This document shows positions 26,075 to 39,210 of a stretch of 64,000 nucleotides of DNA, in pieces. Position 1 is the stretch's first letter. Each line of letters starts with the position of its first letter. This DNA is from Octopus sinensis (lineage: Eukaryota). The notes beneath the pieces are model-generated. The model saw only the letters and a program-made list of their open reading frames with translations, was not told the DNA's origin and did no database searches. The stretch covers positions 21,018,001-21,082,000 of the forward strand of contig NC_043008.1 in NCBI RefSeq assembly GCF_006345805.1, written 5' to 3'. The translations under genes and the position numbers were made by a program.

Positions 26075-28584
26075 CCTTTGATTCAACTGGCCTTCTTGGG
26101 TCCCGGTCATCTATGAAAACAACGTCGTTTCAAACTGACGAGGGGCTATTAACAGATGTCAATGTATTGTTAATGGTTGTCTTCAGTTTTTCCAGATCAT
26201 TTCTAATCAGGCTTATTTCATGACTATTTTGCGTATTTTCCAGCAGTCTTTTGGCAATCTTGAAAAATCTATCCAATCCACTTCATATGACCGTCAAACC
26301 AGCACGACCGCTGTTCCTGGCTCAGTTAATAATAATAAAAATAATAAATAATAATAATGAAATTATTGTATACAGTGCTCAGGTGCACCACAAGGATGAA
26401 AGGCAAAGTCGACCTCGGTGGAATTTGAACACAGAACGTAATGACAGACGAAATACCTATTTCTTTACTACCCACAAGGGGCTAAACACAGAGAGGACAA
26501 ACAAGGACAGGCAAACGGATTAAGTCTAGTATATCGACCCCAGTGTGTAACTGGTACTTAATTTATCGACCCCGAAAGGAGGAAAGGCAAAGTCGACATC
26601 GGCGGAATTTGAACACAGAACGTAGCGGCAGACGACATACCTATTTCTTTACTACCCACAAGGAGCTACAAACAGAGAGGACAAACAAGGACAGACAAAT
26701 GGATTAAGTCGATTACATCGACCCCAGTGCGTAACTGGTACTTATTTAATCGACCCCGAAAGGATGAAAGACAAAGTCGACCTCGGTGGAATTTGAACTC
26801 AGAACGTAACGGCAGACGAAATACGGCTACGCATTTTGCCCGGCGTGCTAACATTTCTGCCAGCTCGCCGCCTTAAGAAGTGGTCGGATATTCAAATCAT
26901 TTTAGAGTGATGGCCACACTTCAATACTTTACGGTAAAATAATAATACGTAATTCTTATACAAGACATACAAGTAATCGATAAACAGCATGTTTATAAAA
27001 TATAAATTTTGATTTCACTTTGTTACCTATACAGCGCGTTGATGTGGAAGGGAAGTAATCGTAAATGAAAATCAGTTCGAGTTACTTCCCCTATATAACA
27101 ACAGTCTAAGAAGATTTTAGACGAAGAATATGTAAGTTTCTGATGTAGATAAAAATAGAAAGAAAGGAATTATGAGACATGAAGAGTTACGAGGGAGAGA
27201 GAGAGACAGAGACAGAGAGACAGACAGAGAGTGATACAGAGAGAGAGACAGACAGATAGACAGACAGAGAGAGACAGATAGACAGACAGAGACAGACAGA
27301 TAGAGACAGACAGACAGTGATAGAGACAGTGTAGAAGAAGATGTAGTTTCATACGAAGAAAATTGTGATACTCGCTATCAACTAACAAGTGCAGGCGTGG
27401 CTGCGTAGTGAGGCACATGTTTCCCAACCACATGGTCCTGGGTTCGGTTCCACGACGTGGCACTTTGGCCAAATATTTTCTTCTATAGCCTCGGGACGAC
27501 CAAAACCTTGTGAGTGGATTTGGTAAACGGAAACTGAAAGAAACCCATCGTATATATTTATATATCAGCGTGTGTTGGTGTTTTTACATTCCTGTAACTT
27601 AGCGGTCCGACAAAAGACCGATGGAATAAGTACCTGACGTAAAAGGAGAAAAAAAGTATTATGTTGATTCATTCGACTAAAAATTCTAGGCGATGCCCCA
27701 GCATGGCCGCAGTGTTTCCCAACCAAATAGTCCTGGGTTCAGTTCCACTGCGTGGCGCTTTAGCCAAATATTTTCTTCTATAACCTCGGGGTGACCTAAA
27801 CTTTGTGAGTGGATTTGGTAAACGGAAACTGAAAGAAGCCCATCGTATATATTTATATATCAGTGTGTGTGTTGGTGTTTTTACGTAACTTAGCGGTCCA
27901 ACAAAAGACCGATGGAATAAGTACTTGACGTAAAAGGAAAAAAAAGTATTGGGGTCGATTCGTTCGACAAAAAACATTCTTCAAGGCGATCCCCAGCATG
28001 GCCGCAGTGAAATAACTGAAAACAAGTAAAAGGTACCATTAATCTTTATCATTTCATTCTTCGGGTGGAGGAAGCGATAAAATAAAATAGCAGTCAAAAT
28101 GTCGAGGTAGATGTAACACACACACAAATATATATATTCGATGGGCTTCTTTCAGTTTCCGTCTATCAAATCCATTCCCAAGGTTTTGGTCGGCCTGAAG
28201 CTATAGTAGAAGACACTTGCCCAAAGTGTCACTTAGTGGGACTGAACCCAGAACCACGTGGTTGGGAAGCAAGCTTCTTACCACACAGCCACGCTGCACC
28301 TACATCAAACTGTCGACAATGACTTAGATGGCAAAAACTTCAAAGTTACTGTCAACAATATTCTTGTTTAAGAATAATACATTTGTACTCTATATATGTA
28401 TATATATATGCGGCCATGCTGGAGCACCGCCTTTAGTCAAGCAAATCGACCTCAGGACTTATTCTTTCGAAGCCTAGTACTTATTCTATCAGTCTCTTTT
28501 GCCGATCCGCTAAGTTACGAGGACGTAAGCACTCTACCATCGGTTGTCAAGCGATGTTGGGGAAACAAACACAGACACACAAAC

Positions 28585-28628
<44 letters not shown>

Positions 28629-29738
28629 CATACATATGACGGGTTTCTTTCACTTTCTGTCTACCAAATCCACTCACAAGGCTTAGGTTGGCCCGAGGCT
28701 ATAGCAGAAGACACTTGCCCAAGGTGCCACGCAGTGGGACTGAACCCAGAGCCATGTGGTTGGTAAGCAAGCTACTTACCACACAGCCACTCCTGCGCCT
28801 CTATGTATGTATGCACACACACATATGCATTTTTTTCAATTTCTACATACCGTAACCACTCATAAGTCTTTGCTCAACCTTAGGACAAAAGACAAGATGC
28901 TTTTCTCCTCAGTGCATTTACATCTTAGCAGTGAAATCAAAGTAACACATTAGCTTATCCACAGACCGCATGTTCAATTCCTAGCATCCGCACTCAACAA
29001 TTCTTTGGATTGTTTTACCAAAATATATATTATTTTTCATGTGGCAATTGGATGGAACATTTTAAAAAATAAATATCAAATGAATTTGAATAAATTTATT
29101 TTAAAAATAAAATGTAAAATATACAATCGTATATAGTTAACAACAATAAACCCAGGCACCTCACCATTTCAACTCTCACTCTCTCTTATTCTCTCTATGA
29201 ATTAACATTTTCAAAAAATAGTTTTTTTCTATCAAATATAATATCATTAGAAAGCACAGCTTCATTATACTGATATACAATTTTGTGCATACACATATGA
29301 ATGAATACAAACACACACCTAACTTTTCTATATATATGTATGCATACTTATTTCTCAAATAAAATAAATGCATGCTATATATATATATATAGACACCATA
29401 CTAAATATATATATATATAACATACATACATATATATATATACATACATACATACATATACATAATACATATACATCATACATATACAGATACATACATT
29501 ACATACATACATACATACATATACATACATACATACCTATACATACATACATACATACTATACATACATACTACATACAATATATACAACATACATACAT
29601 ATACATAAATACATACACATACATACATATATATACATACACATATATATACATACATACATACATATATATATATATACATATATATACATACACATAC
29701 ATACATATACACATAATGTATGTATGTATATGTATGTA

Positions 29739-29779
<41 letters not shown>

Positions 29780-29814
29780 ACCAAGGGTACGTACGCCGCT
29801 ATATATATATATGT

Positions 29815-29945
29815 AAAAAAATACAAACTGGGACAAGAACGCAAGACATTTAGAAGATGATACAAAAAACATGGACGGGACATTCGAAGCCTTCAATCTT
29901 CAGTCAAGAACCGGATCACCCTCGAATTTCGGCTACCCACAGACA
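29815..29945 (-). mobile_element. Repeat terminal fragment (PLE-like), same family as 39000-39210
   Basis: Near-identical reverse complement of 39105-39205 (cggttcttgactgaagattgaaggcttcgaatgtcccgtcc...). Confidence 0.55.
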
Positions 29946-29996
29946 TTTAAATATATATATATATATGTGTGTCTGTGTAAATGTCTGTGGGTGTAT

Positions 29997-30027
<31 letters not shown>

Positions 30028-30028
<1 letters not shown>

Positions 30029-31058
30029 CTATATATATAAAACTGTAGTTGTGTGAGTGTCTGTCTCCTACGATTTAGATTCCTAACTCCTCCCACATTT
30101 TGCGGTGCAGTTTAACCAAATTCAGGTATCTTATAGTCGTGATTCATATCGAGCCCGTCTGGGTAGTAGCGCCCGTCTACGATGAGTCTACGATTTTAAA
30201 AATAATTTAACATCATTTTTTATTCCATTTTAATGCATAATTTTTCGTGTGTCGATGGCGGCGGAGTTGGCGCCCACGCTCAAACACCTGCACCTGTGTT
30301 TGCTTCTCCTCCTTCTTCCCTCCCTCGTGAAGCTGTGGGGAAGGGAGTGTAAGGAAATCAACGTCGTAATGCGTTGTCAAGGAGACCAGCGTTCTTTTAG
30401 AACAACGACTTCATGGCTTGAAGACACCAAAACAGAAATGGCAAAGAAAGCCGAATTGGCATCTATAAAGGAAGTAACTCTCTAAAAATGCTTATATAGT
30501 TATTTCCCTTACAAACCCGAGCAACGCCAGGCGATACTGCTAGTAAATATAAAAAACTGTAGTTGTGTAAGTGTCTGTCCCCTCCGATTTAGATTTCTAA
30601 ACTCTACTCCCACATTTTGCGGTGCAGTTTAACCAAATTCGGGTATCTATAGTCGTGATTCATATCGAGCCTGTCTGACTATTCGCGCGTCAACGATGAG
30701 TCTACGATTTTAAAAATAATTTAACATCATTTTTTATTCCATTTTAATGCATAAAATGCATCGTGTGTTCGATGGCGGCGGAGTTGGCGTCCATGGTCAC
30801 GCCTGCACCTGTTGCTTCTCCCCCTTCTTCTTCCCCCCTTGTGATGCTGTGGGGAAGGGAGTGTAAAGAAATCAACGTCGTAAAGCGTTGTCAAGGAGGC
30901 CAGCGTTTTTTTAGAACAACGACTTCATGGCTTGAAGACACCAAAACCGAAATGGCTAAAAAGCCCGAATTGGCATCTAATAAGGGAAGTAACTCTCTAA
31001 AATTGCTTATATAGTTATTTCCCTGACAAACCCGAGCAACGCCGAACGATACTGCTAG
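30028..31058 (+). mobile_element. Two head-to-tail non-autonomous Helitrons, family 2
   Basis: Units 30028-30543 and about 30544-31058, each ending in hairpin plus CTAG; both carry the same ~230-bp GC-richer internal segment. Confidence 0.85.
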
Positions 31059-31492
31059 TATATATATGTGTGTGTGTGTGTGTGTGTAAATGTCTGTGGG
31101 TATATATATATATATATATATATATACCCACAGACATTTACACACACACACATATATTTCTATATATACGGAGATGTACTGGCATAGCAAGTGACTTGAT
31201 CTGGGATCGTGAAACAAGAACAATTGCAGCGTGGAATGTGTTTATAAGCTATTTTAAAAACACACAAAGACCATTAGATTCACTTCAACATTTAAATTTA
31301 ATTTGTCAAAGTATTTTAGTTGCTTTGAAACTGCAACCTGTTCACTGACAAAATTCCGTGCAGCATGGAATTTTGTCAGTGAACAGATCAGAGTTTCAAG
31401 ACAAATTAAATTTAAAAGTTGAAATGTTGAAGTGAATCTAGTGGTTTTTGTGTTTTTTTTTAATGGTTTATAAACACCTTCCACGCTGCAAC

Positions 31493-31549
<57 letters not shown>

Positions 31550-31553
31550 CATA

Positions 31554-32387
31554 CAGGGTGCAACAAGTAAACTGTCACCATCTTATATTTTTAATTTCGA
31601 GCATTGGTTATTTTTGATTTTGTCGACTACACTGTATATTAGGGTCAGTTGGGCACTGTCTGTGAGAAAAATAGCACCATGACGCAATTCACTCAGGCAG
31701 AAATTTTTGGAAACAACATGCTGTACCCCTTGTCATTTCAGAGTGTTTGGGTGTCAATTTGAGGACATGTACCGAGAGCGATAAAAATCAAACATCCAGT
31801 CAACATCATGGTGTTTGGAGTGATCACTAGTGATGGTGATGTTATGCCTCCATTCACCTTTCCACATGGCCTCAGACTAAACATGGAGGCCTACATTAAG
31901 TGCCTGCAGGAAGTAGTGCTGCCCTGGATCAAGAGGCTGGCTGCTGGAAGATCCTATGTCTGGTAACAGGACTCTGCACCATGCCACACAAGCAGGAGAA
32001 CCCAGTCGTGGCTGTCAGACAATTTCTGCAACCGCATGACCCCTAACATCTGGCCACCTAACTCCCCATTTTGTAATCCCCTTTAGTTATTATATGCGGG
32101 CACAATTGAGCGAGACACCAATAAAACTCCTTGTAACACCAAAGATGAACTAAAGGCAAGGATTATGGCAGCATTCACCAACTTAAACAAAGAGACCATC
32201 CAAGAGTTGCAGATTCCGAGGTCATCTGAAGGCCATTGTTGAAGCCAATGGTGATATTATTGAATAAATTTACTCTTTAGTATTTCAAGATATTTTTATG
32301 TAATTTTGGTAAATATATCTGCTAAAATGAGATAATGTTATTTTCATCATTGCGTAATCTAGATGGCAATATATTCACCACACCCTG
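31554..32387 (+). mobile_element. Tc1/mariner-superfamily element, maT/DD37D-like, internally deleted and degenerate
   Basis: TA|CAGGGTG...CACCCTG|TA termini. Reads KHPVNIMVFGVITSDGDVMPPF...YVW*QDSAPCHTSRRTQSWL...IWPPNSPFCNPL, with a stop and frameshifts. Confidence 0.85.
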
Positions 32388-32650
32388 TATATATATATAT
32401 ATATATATATAATCTCTTCCTTATCAGTTTTCACAGAGTCATCAAGCAGCTTTATCTGATGACCCTGTGAAGCCAAACACTAAATTCCAGACAGCAAGAG
32501 GATGACTCAACCAAAATATAAATATAATTAATCTCATCTAGGGCATTGAGTACTCTTTCTTCCAACAGTCAGCACACAATATGCATGTGAAAGTATGTGC
32601 ATGTGGTGTGTACATGTACATATGTGTACATATATATATATACATATGTG

Positions 32651-32682
<32 letters not shown>

Positions 32683-32864
32683 ATATACATACACACACAC
32701 ACATATATATATATACACACACACAAATATATATATACACGTGTGTGTGGTTTATATACGTGAATATGAATGCACGTCTGTATGTTTCTGCCATGTCAGT
32801 CTACATGTCCATGTGTATATATATATATATTATATATAATATATATATATATATATATATGTAG

Positions 32865-33160
32865 GTCCCGGGGGTTGATTCGGGGTTAACCACAGTAAAT
32901 AAGGTAATCATAAGAGTAAAATTAATTTATTATATAGAAGGAGCTTCTACAGGACTAGAACTGTTTCATTCAAGAGAAATCTTCAGGAAGCTAGTTAACA
33001 AGAATTGTATTGGCATTTATACATTTAGGCAGGTTTAAAGGGGGTGGTGGGGGGACTTTTTGGGGGTAGGCATAGCGCAAAATATCATACTTGGGGAGTG
33101 GTCAAGGAGTCAGTGTTAAATTAGAAAGAATAAATAAAAAAAATAAAAAATAAAAAAATA
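32865..33160 (-). mobile_element. Hammerhead-bearing repeat (PLE pLTR or retrozyme-like), left arm of an inverted pair
   Basis: 32926-33160 is the reverse complement of 34540-34757, with a few indels. Confidence 0.6.
32942..32992 (-). ncRNA. Type I hammerhead ribozyme fold (inverted copy)
   Basis: Same elements on the minus strand: AGCTTC-CTGAAGA-TTTCTCTTGAAT-GAA-ACAG[TTCTAGTC]CTGT-A-GAAGCT. Confidence 0.7.
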
Positions 33161-33254
33161 TATATATATGTATGTGCGTGTATGTGTATATGAGTATGTA
33201 TGTATGTGTGTGCGTATATTTGTATATGTATGTATGTATATGTATGTGTGTGTA

Positions 33255-33331
<77 letters not shown>

Positions 33332-33614
33332 ATATATGTATGTATGTATATGTATATGCGTATGTGTATGTATTTGTATGTGTATGCATGCGCGTATATA
33401 TATGTATGTATATGTATACGTGTGGGTGTGTGTATGTATATAAATGTATGTATGTATGGATGTATGGATGTATGTATGTATGTATACGTATGTATGTGTA
33501 TGTGTGTATATGTATGTATGTGTATGTGTGTATATATATGTATGTATGTGTGTATATGTGTATATATATGTATATATATGTATATATATATATATGTGTA
33601 TATATATGTGGATG

Positions 33615-33647
<33 letters not shown>

Positions 33648-34057
33648 ATTGTATGTAGGTGTATATGTATGTGTGTTGTATTTATATTTATTGGTGTATA
33701 TGTATAGACTAGCCTACTAGAGTGTAGACATGAATCTGTAGGTACGCGTAGTATGTGTATATACGTGAATGTATGTAGATGTATGTATGTAGAATATAAC
33801 GCGTGCGTGCGTGTAGTGTATGAGTGTACAGAATGAGTGAGTGAGTTACGTGCTAAAGAGTGTGCGTGAGTGAATGAGTGCTTGTTTTCCAGTAGACAGA
33901 TAAATGGACTGGCTGTCATAGCCAAGATGTTTGTGACAAGTGGGCCAAAGATAACAAAAGTAATAAACGAAGATAATAAAATTAAAATTAGGGAATGGGT
34001 CTGTATTTGTATGTGTATATAATGTGTGTAGTGTAGGTATGCATAGGTACACATATG

Positions 34058-34095
<38 letters not shown>

Positions 34096-34539
34096 GTATG
34101 TGTATGTGTATATATGTATGTGTGTGTATAGATGTGTGTATGTGTATATATGTGTATATAGGGACTAGTGTGCTGTGTGTGCATGTGTGTGTGTGTGGAT
34201 ATGTGTGTGTATGCGTGTATGTGAGTATGTGTGTGTATGTTGTGTATATATATTTTTTCTGTGTGTATATGTATGTGTGATCGTGTGTGTATATATACAT
34301 GTGTGTATAAGTGTATGCATGTGAGTGTGTGTATGTATACATATATGTGGTATGTGTAGATATGTATATGTATGTGTAAGTGTATATATATTGTATATAT
34401 ATGTGTGTGTATGTATGTGTGTATGTATATGTATTATGTTGTATGTGTGTGTATATATGTATACATATGTGCTAGGTATAAGTGAGAATCTCTTATTTAC
34501 CAAAACTATACCTTTATTCCCCCCTTTTTTTTATATATA

Positions 34540-34757
34540 TATTTTTTTATTTATTCTTCTTCTAATTTAACACTGACTCCTTGACCACTGCCCAAGTATG
34601 ATATTTTGCGCTATGCCTACCCCCAAAAAGTCCCCACCACACCCTTTAAACCTGCCTAAATGTATAAATGCCAATACAATTCTTGTTAACTAGCTTCCTG
34701 AAGATTTCTCTTGAATGAAACAGTATAGTCCTGTAGAAGCTCCTTCTATATAATAAA
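34540..34757 (+). mobile_element. Hammerhead-bearing repeat, right arm of the inverted pair
   Basis: Reverse complement of 32926-33160. Confidence 0.6.
34692..34741 (+). ncRNA. Type I hammerhead ribozyme fold
   Basis: Stem I AGCTTC/GAAGCT; core CTGAAGA; stem II T-TTC[TCTT]GAA-T; GAA; stem III ACAG[TATAGTC]CTGT; cleavage triplet GUA (cut after 34735). Position 10.1:11.1 is U-U, not the canonical G-C. Confidence 0.7.
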
Positions 34758-34798
<41 letters not shown>

Positions 34799-35016
34799 GT
34801 GTGTGTGTGTTGTGTATATACATATATATACATACAAACCCACACGCACATATATATATATATACACACGGTGTGTGTATGCGGCTTATATTTCTGAGTA
34901 TGAGTGTGCATGTGTGGTATGTTTCTGCTATATCAGTTTATTACATGCTATGCATACACATACATGAATGCATATCCATGTGTGAAGTGATCTCATCCTC
35001 ATAAATATGTCGACTA

Positions 35017-35600
35017 TATGAGGAGGTACTGAAAAGTAACTGGAAACGTTCTCTGAAGGATAAATCTGTTGTAGTTCAGGCTTCTGCTGCTAGAAGCCAC
35101 TTGATGCAACCCTCAGGTATCAGTCTGTAGATCAGCATCTTTGAGTGTACTCCTACTACCATGTGGTGCATCTTTGTTTTGCTCTGCTTCTTCCTTGTCC
35201 GTTGATTTTTGCAATGACTGATACAAAGGTATAGTGTGCTTCTGTGAAATTCTGTTTTTTGCTGGAGAAAACAGCAACCAAAACAGTTGTAATACTTCAA
35301 ACAGCTTACAAGGACACAGCCATGAGCAAAACACAAGCTTACCAGGGATTTTCATGCTTTAGGAACGGTCACTTGTCGCTTGAAGACCTACCTCATTCAG
35401 GGCGGCTGTCAACCTTCTGAACGAATGCAAACATCACAAATATTCATGAACTCATCTTGACCTTCACTGAACAACTGATGAACTTGTTGATATGACTGGT
35501 ATGTTCCGGAGCTCCTGCCATCGGACTTTGAGCGAGGAATTGTGAATGAAAAGAGTTGCATGAAACTCACTGAACTACAAATCCTGGGAGGTGAGGGTCA
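35017..35600 (+). mobile_element. Mariner remnant, 5' end and HTH region
   Basis: TIR-like atgaggaggtactgaaaagt. Reads KFCFLLEKTATKTVVILQTAYKDTAMSKTQAYQGFSCFRNGHLSLEDLPHSGRLST*. Confidence 0.8.
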
Positions 35601-35818
35601 GCTTCTTGCTGATGACCAAGGGGACTGAATTAGAAGTGCATAGGGGATGGATAATGCAGCTTTTTGTAGTTCATCTGCATGGTTACTCAAATCTAGTAGG
35701 GGAAAGTGAGAGAAAGGGAAAATGAACAGAAGAAGCTGCAAGAAATAGATATGTTTGGTAAGAGCAGCTGAAATGACTCTAGAATACTGTATACTTTGAT
35801 TAATATATATGTGTGTGA

Positions 35819-35849
<31 letters not shown>

Positions 35850-35850
35850 C

Positions 35851-36017
35851 TCATAAAATACAGTGTACATTTATACACATAAAAGGAATCCACTCATGGG
35901 ATTCTTCACGCTAGAAAGAACAGCTAGGTTCTAAAACCACCTAGCTGCTCTTTCTAGTGTGATGAATCCAATGGGTGGATTCCTCTTATGTGTATAAATG
36001 TACACTGTATTTTATGA
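35851..36017. mobile_element. Fold-back MITE-like hairpin element
   Basis: Arms of about 78 bp with few mismatches around an 11-nt loop; related sequence at 62930-63090. Confidence 0.65.
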
Positions 36018-36108
36018 CTAATACATAGTCTTTGGACTAAATTTTTACACGCTAGGTCACTGGAACTGAAAATTTCTATTAATTCCATTTCCCTTCGATA
36101 TGATTAAG

Positions 36109-36140
<32 letters not shown>

Positions 36141-36429
36141 AAATAATTAAGATTCAGTTGAATTAGGTATTTAAGTTGAGGCACCAAGTCAGTCCGGTAT
36201 AGTCCGCACAGCTCAAAGTTAGGTGAATTAAGAGTAAATAAGTAACAAGGATGTCGAGGTATTAGTGTATTACAGCCATTCCAAACGGCTCCAGTTAATT
36301 GATCAAGGCAAGCATTACATCATTTGAAATAATTCGCTTTTCTCAGATGCATCAGACCATATAAGTTTTCAGCATGCAGGATACTCCATTATAATTCTGT
36401 TATAATAATAGCAATAAGCATGTAATTCT

Positions 36430-36435
36430 TTTATT
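36430..36435 (-). terminator. Candidate polyadenylation signal (AATAAA) for SLC25A35
   Basis: AATAAA on the minus strand about 515 nt after the stop codon; motif only. Confidence 0.3.
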
Positions 36436-36631
36436 CTCTAGTTCTGATGAAAAATTTGCTAAAAAATTATAATGGAGTGTCCTGTATGTTGAAAACATAT
36501 ATGGTCTTATGCAACCGAGGAAAGCGGGCTATTTCAAATTGATGTAATGCTTGCATTGTTCGATTAAATGGAGCTGCTTGAAACGGCCGTAATGCACTGA
36601 TACCTGGACATCCTTGTTAATCATTTGCTTC

Positions 36632-36662
<31 letters not shown>

Positions 36663-36948
36663 ATATATGATACAAAATTGGACAAGAATGCAAAACATCC
36701 AGACAGGTGATACAAAAAAGAGACAACAAAACATCCAGACAGACAATACAAAGAAAACAAAGACAGGTCATTCAGAGTTTTCTTTCCTCAGTCGAGTTCC
36801 AGATTATCTTTGCAGTTTTGGCTGGTTAGATATGTGTATATATATAATTGTATATCCATGTATGTATGCACCTGTGTGTGTATGTACAGATATCTGAGTA
36901 TATTCCATCCCATGATCTTTGAATCACAATACCCTGAGGAATAATCAT

Positions 36949-37266
36949 TCAGTTTGCTATTTCCTGATAATAAAAATAATATTTCCGAAATTCAGTCCAT
37001 AAGACTAAACTCAATATTGTGTGTGGAACAAGTCTGGTAAAAGATGGCCCCCATCCTTTATAGAAACCCCATATTCCCTCCGACTTGAAGATCTTGCTAA
37101 AGCAGTTTAAAGGTCCTGAGTAATACAAGCCACGACCATTGGCATCGATACCTTGGTTGTACAGACGAGTGGAAACGACATCAAATGGAGTCATGAACAG
37201 TGTTACTAACACTCCGCTGATCATACTCGCTAGTAAAGCATTGAGCCAACTGTTTGAGGGGAAGAT
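36949..37266 (-). CDS. SLC25A35: SLC25A35-like terminal coding exon
   Basis: Acceptor ctttctctcacag|ATC, in phase with the upstream exon. Translates as [105 protein letters not shown]. Contains the third carrier repeat ([12 protein letters not shown], EGxxGFYKG, RLxPHTILSL). Confidence 0.93.
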   Translation of the reverse strand: MFPSNSWLNALLASMISGVLVTLFMTPFDVVSTRLYNQGIDANGRGLYYSGPLNCFSKIFKSEGIWGFYKGWGPSFTRLVPHTILSLVLWTEFRKYYFYYQEIAN

Positions 37267-38484
37267 CTGTGAGAGAAAGAAAGGAAAAGCGAATTAGACA
37301 ATGTTGCATGTAATAAACGGTAAAAATATTTCTATTTCTTTACTACCCACAAGGAGCTACACACAGAGAGGACAAACAAGGACAGACAAAGGGATTAAGT
37401 CGATTATATCAACCCCAGCGCGTAACTGGTACTTATTTAATCAATCCCGAAAGGATGAAAGGCAAAGTTGACACCTATTTCTTTACTACTCACAAGGGGC
37501 TAGACAGAAAGAGGACAAACAAAGAGAGACAAATGGATTAAGTTGATTATATCGACCCCACTGCGTAACTGGTACTTATTTAATCGACCCAGAAAGGATG
37601 AAAGGCAAAGTTGACCTCGGCGGAATTTGAACTCAGAACATAGCAGCAGACAAAATACCGCTAAGCATTTCGCCCAGCATGCTAACGTTTCTGCCAGTTC
37701 GCCTCCTTAATAAACAGTAAAAATATTACATCATCATCGTCGTTGTCACTACAATAATAAGAATGGTTTCATATTTTGTCACAAGGCCAGCAATTTCAAG
37801 GAAGGGGGTAAGTCAATCAACTGGTACTTATTTTAATCAACCCCCCAAAGGGATGAAAAGTGGAGGCGCAATGGCCCAGTGATTAGTGCAGTAGACTCGC
37901 GGTCGGAGGATTGCGGTTTCGATTCCCAGACCAGTCGTGTGTGTTTATTGAGCGAAAACACCTAAAAGCTCCATGAGGCTCCGGCAGCGGGTGATGGCAA
38001 CCCCTGTTGTATTCTTTCGCCACAACTTTCTCCACTGCGTGGCACCTTGGGCAAGTGTCTTCTACTGACCAAAGCCTTGTGAGTGGATTTGGTAGACGGA
38101 AACTGAAAGAAGCCCGTCATATATATGTATATATATATATGCATTTGTGTGTCTGTGTTTGTCCTCCTAGCATTGCTTGACAACCGATGCTGGTGTGTTT
38201 ACGTCCCCGTTACTTAGCGGTTCGGCAAAAGAGACCGATAGAATAAGTACTGGGCTTACAAAAGAATAAGTCCCGGGGTCGAGTTGCTCGACTAAAGGCG
38301 GTGCTCCAGCATGGCCGCAGTCAAATGACTGAAACAAGTAAAAGAGTAAAGAGTAAAAGAGTAAATAAATAGAAGAGTGCCATATCATGTGAAATTGGTT
38401 GAATGATATTTCGGCATCTAGTGTGCCTTCCACACGTTCAAAATTACATGTCAGTCTACTTCATTTTTTTGTTAAGACTATATA

Positions 38485-38770
38485 AGACCGAGGTAACTCA
38501 TCGAGAAGTTATACAGAAATAAATAGAAGAGTGCCATATCATGTGAAATACAGCAAATATCAATTTGGCATTTAATCTCCTTCGAAGAAATCCTTTTCTG
38601 AAGCCACACACTTTATCCAGCGACATTTCCATTGATGAACACAAACCTGGAACTCCTTTTTTGGAAAGGGAGTAGCTGCCTTGTCACATTCCCTTGGATT
38701 ACCTTCAATGTCTTGAAATCTTGTTCCTTTCAATTGGGATTTCACTTTTGGAAAGGTTCTCAGCTGTAAC
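38485..38770 (-). mobile_element. Mariner remnant, transposase C-terminus
   Basis: FPKVKSQLKGTRFQDIE...EFQVCVHQWKCRWIKCVASEKDFFEGD* resembles mariner ends (FPKLK..LKG.RF...W..RW.KC....GDYFEGD). Confidence 0.78.
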
Positions 38771-38999
38771 AACCTACAAGCCATGTCTCTTTCCACATAG
38801 GCACAGGCACACACACACACACATATTTTCTCTACCATACTCATTGATGGAACCTCTGTAGCGTATTGAAACGACCATACTCTACACGCTTTACTTCCAA
38901 GCATGGCTGTAAACAACAGAAGCAAAAATGTTAATAATTAGCAGTGTGCATGGCTCAAGGTCAATCGGTGTCATGTGTGTATATATATATATATACATT

Positions 39000-39210
39000 C
39001 GAGGCTTTCTTCCAAGGAATCTAATGCGCTTGGCTTAGATTTTTCTTTGAGGCTGGCCTGATCGGAGCAATCTCAAGATTAATCAGCCGAAATTGCGAGG
39101 ATGATCCGGTTCTTGACTGAAGATTGAAGGCTTCGAATGTCCCGTCCGTGTTTTTTGTATCGTCTTCTAAATGTTTTGCGTTCTTGTCCCAGTTTGTATT
39201 TTTATATATA
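39000..39210 (+). mobile_element. Repeat terminal fragment (PLE-like) in the last intron of SLC25A35
   Basis: Shared with 29815-29945; ends in (TA)n. Confidence 0.55.

Noticed and set aside
32455-32480. CTGATGA-ccctgtgaag-ccaaac hammerhead-like string
   Set aside because: It lacks GAAA and has no stem I or III pairing; at most a decayed remnant.
38368-38549. 29-bp direct repeat (aaatagaagagtgccatatcatgtgaaat) near the mariner end
   Set aside because: A minor local duplication associated with a decayed transposon terminus; no further structure.
39116-39145. CTGAAGA...CGAAT hammerhead-like string (also 29885-29915, and CTGAGGA near 36790)
   Set aside because: GAAU replaces GAAA, and I found no complementary stem I strand or feasible stem II.
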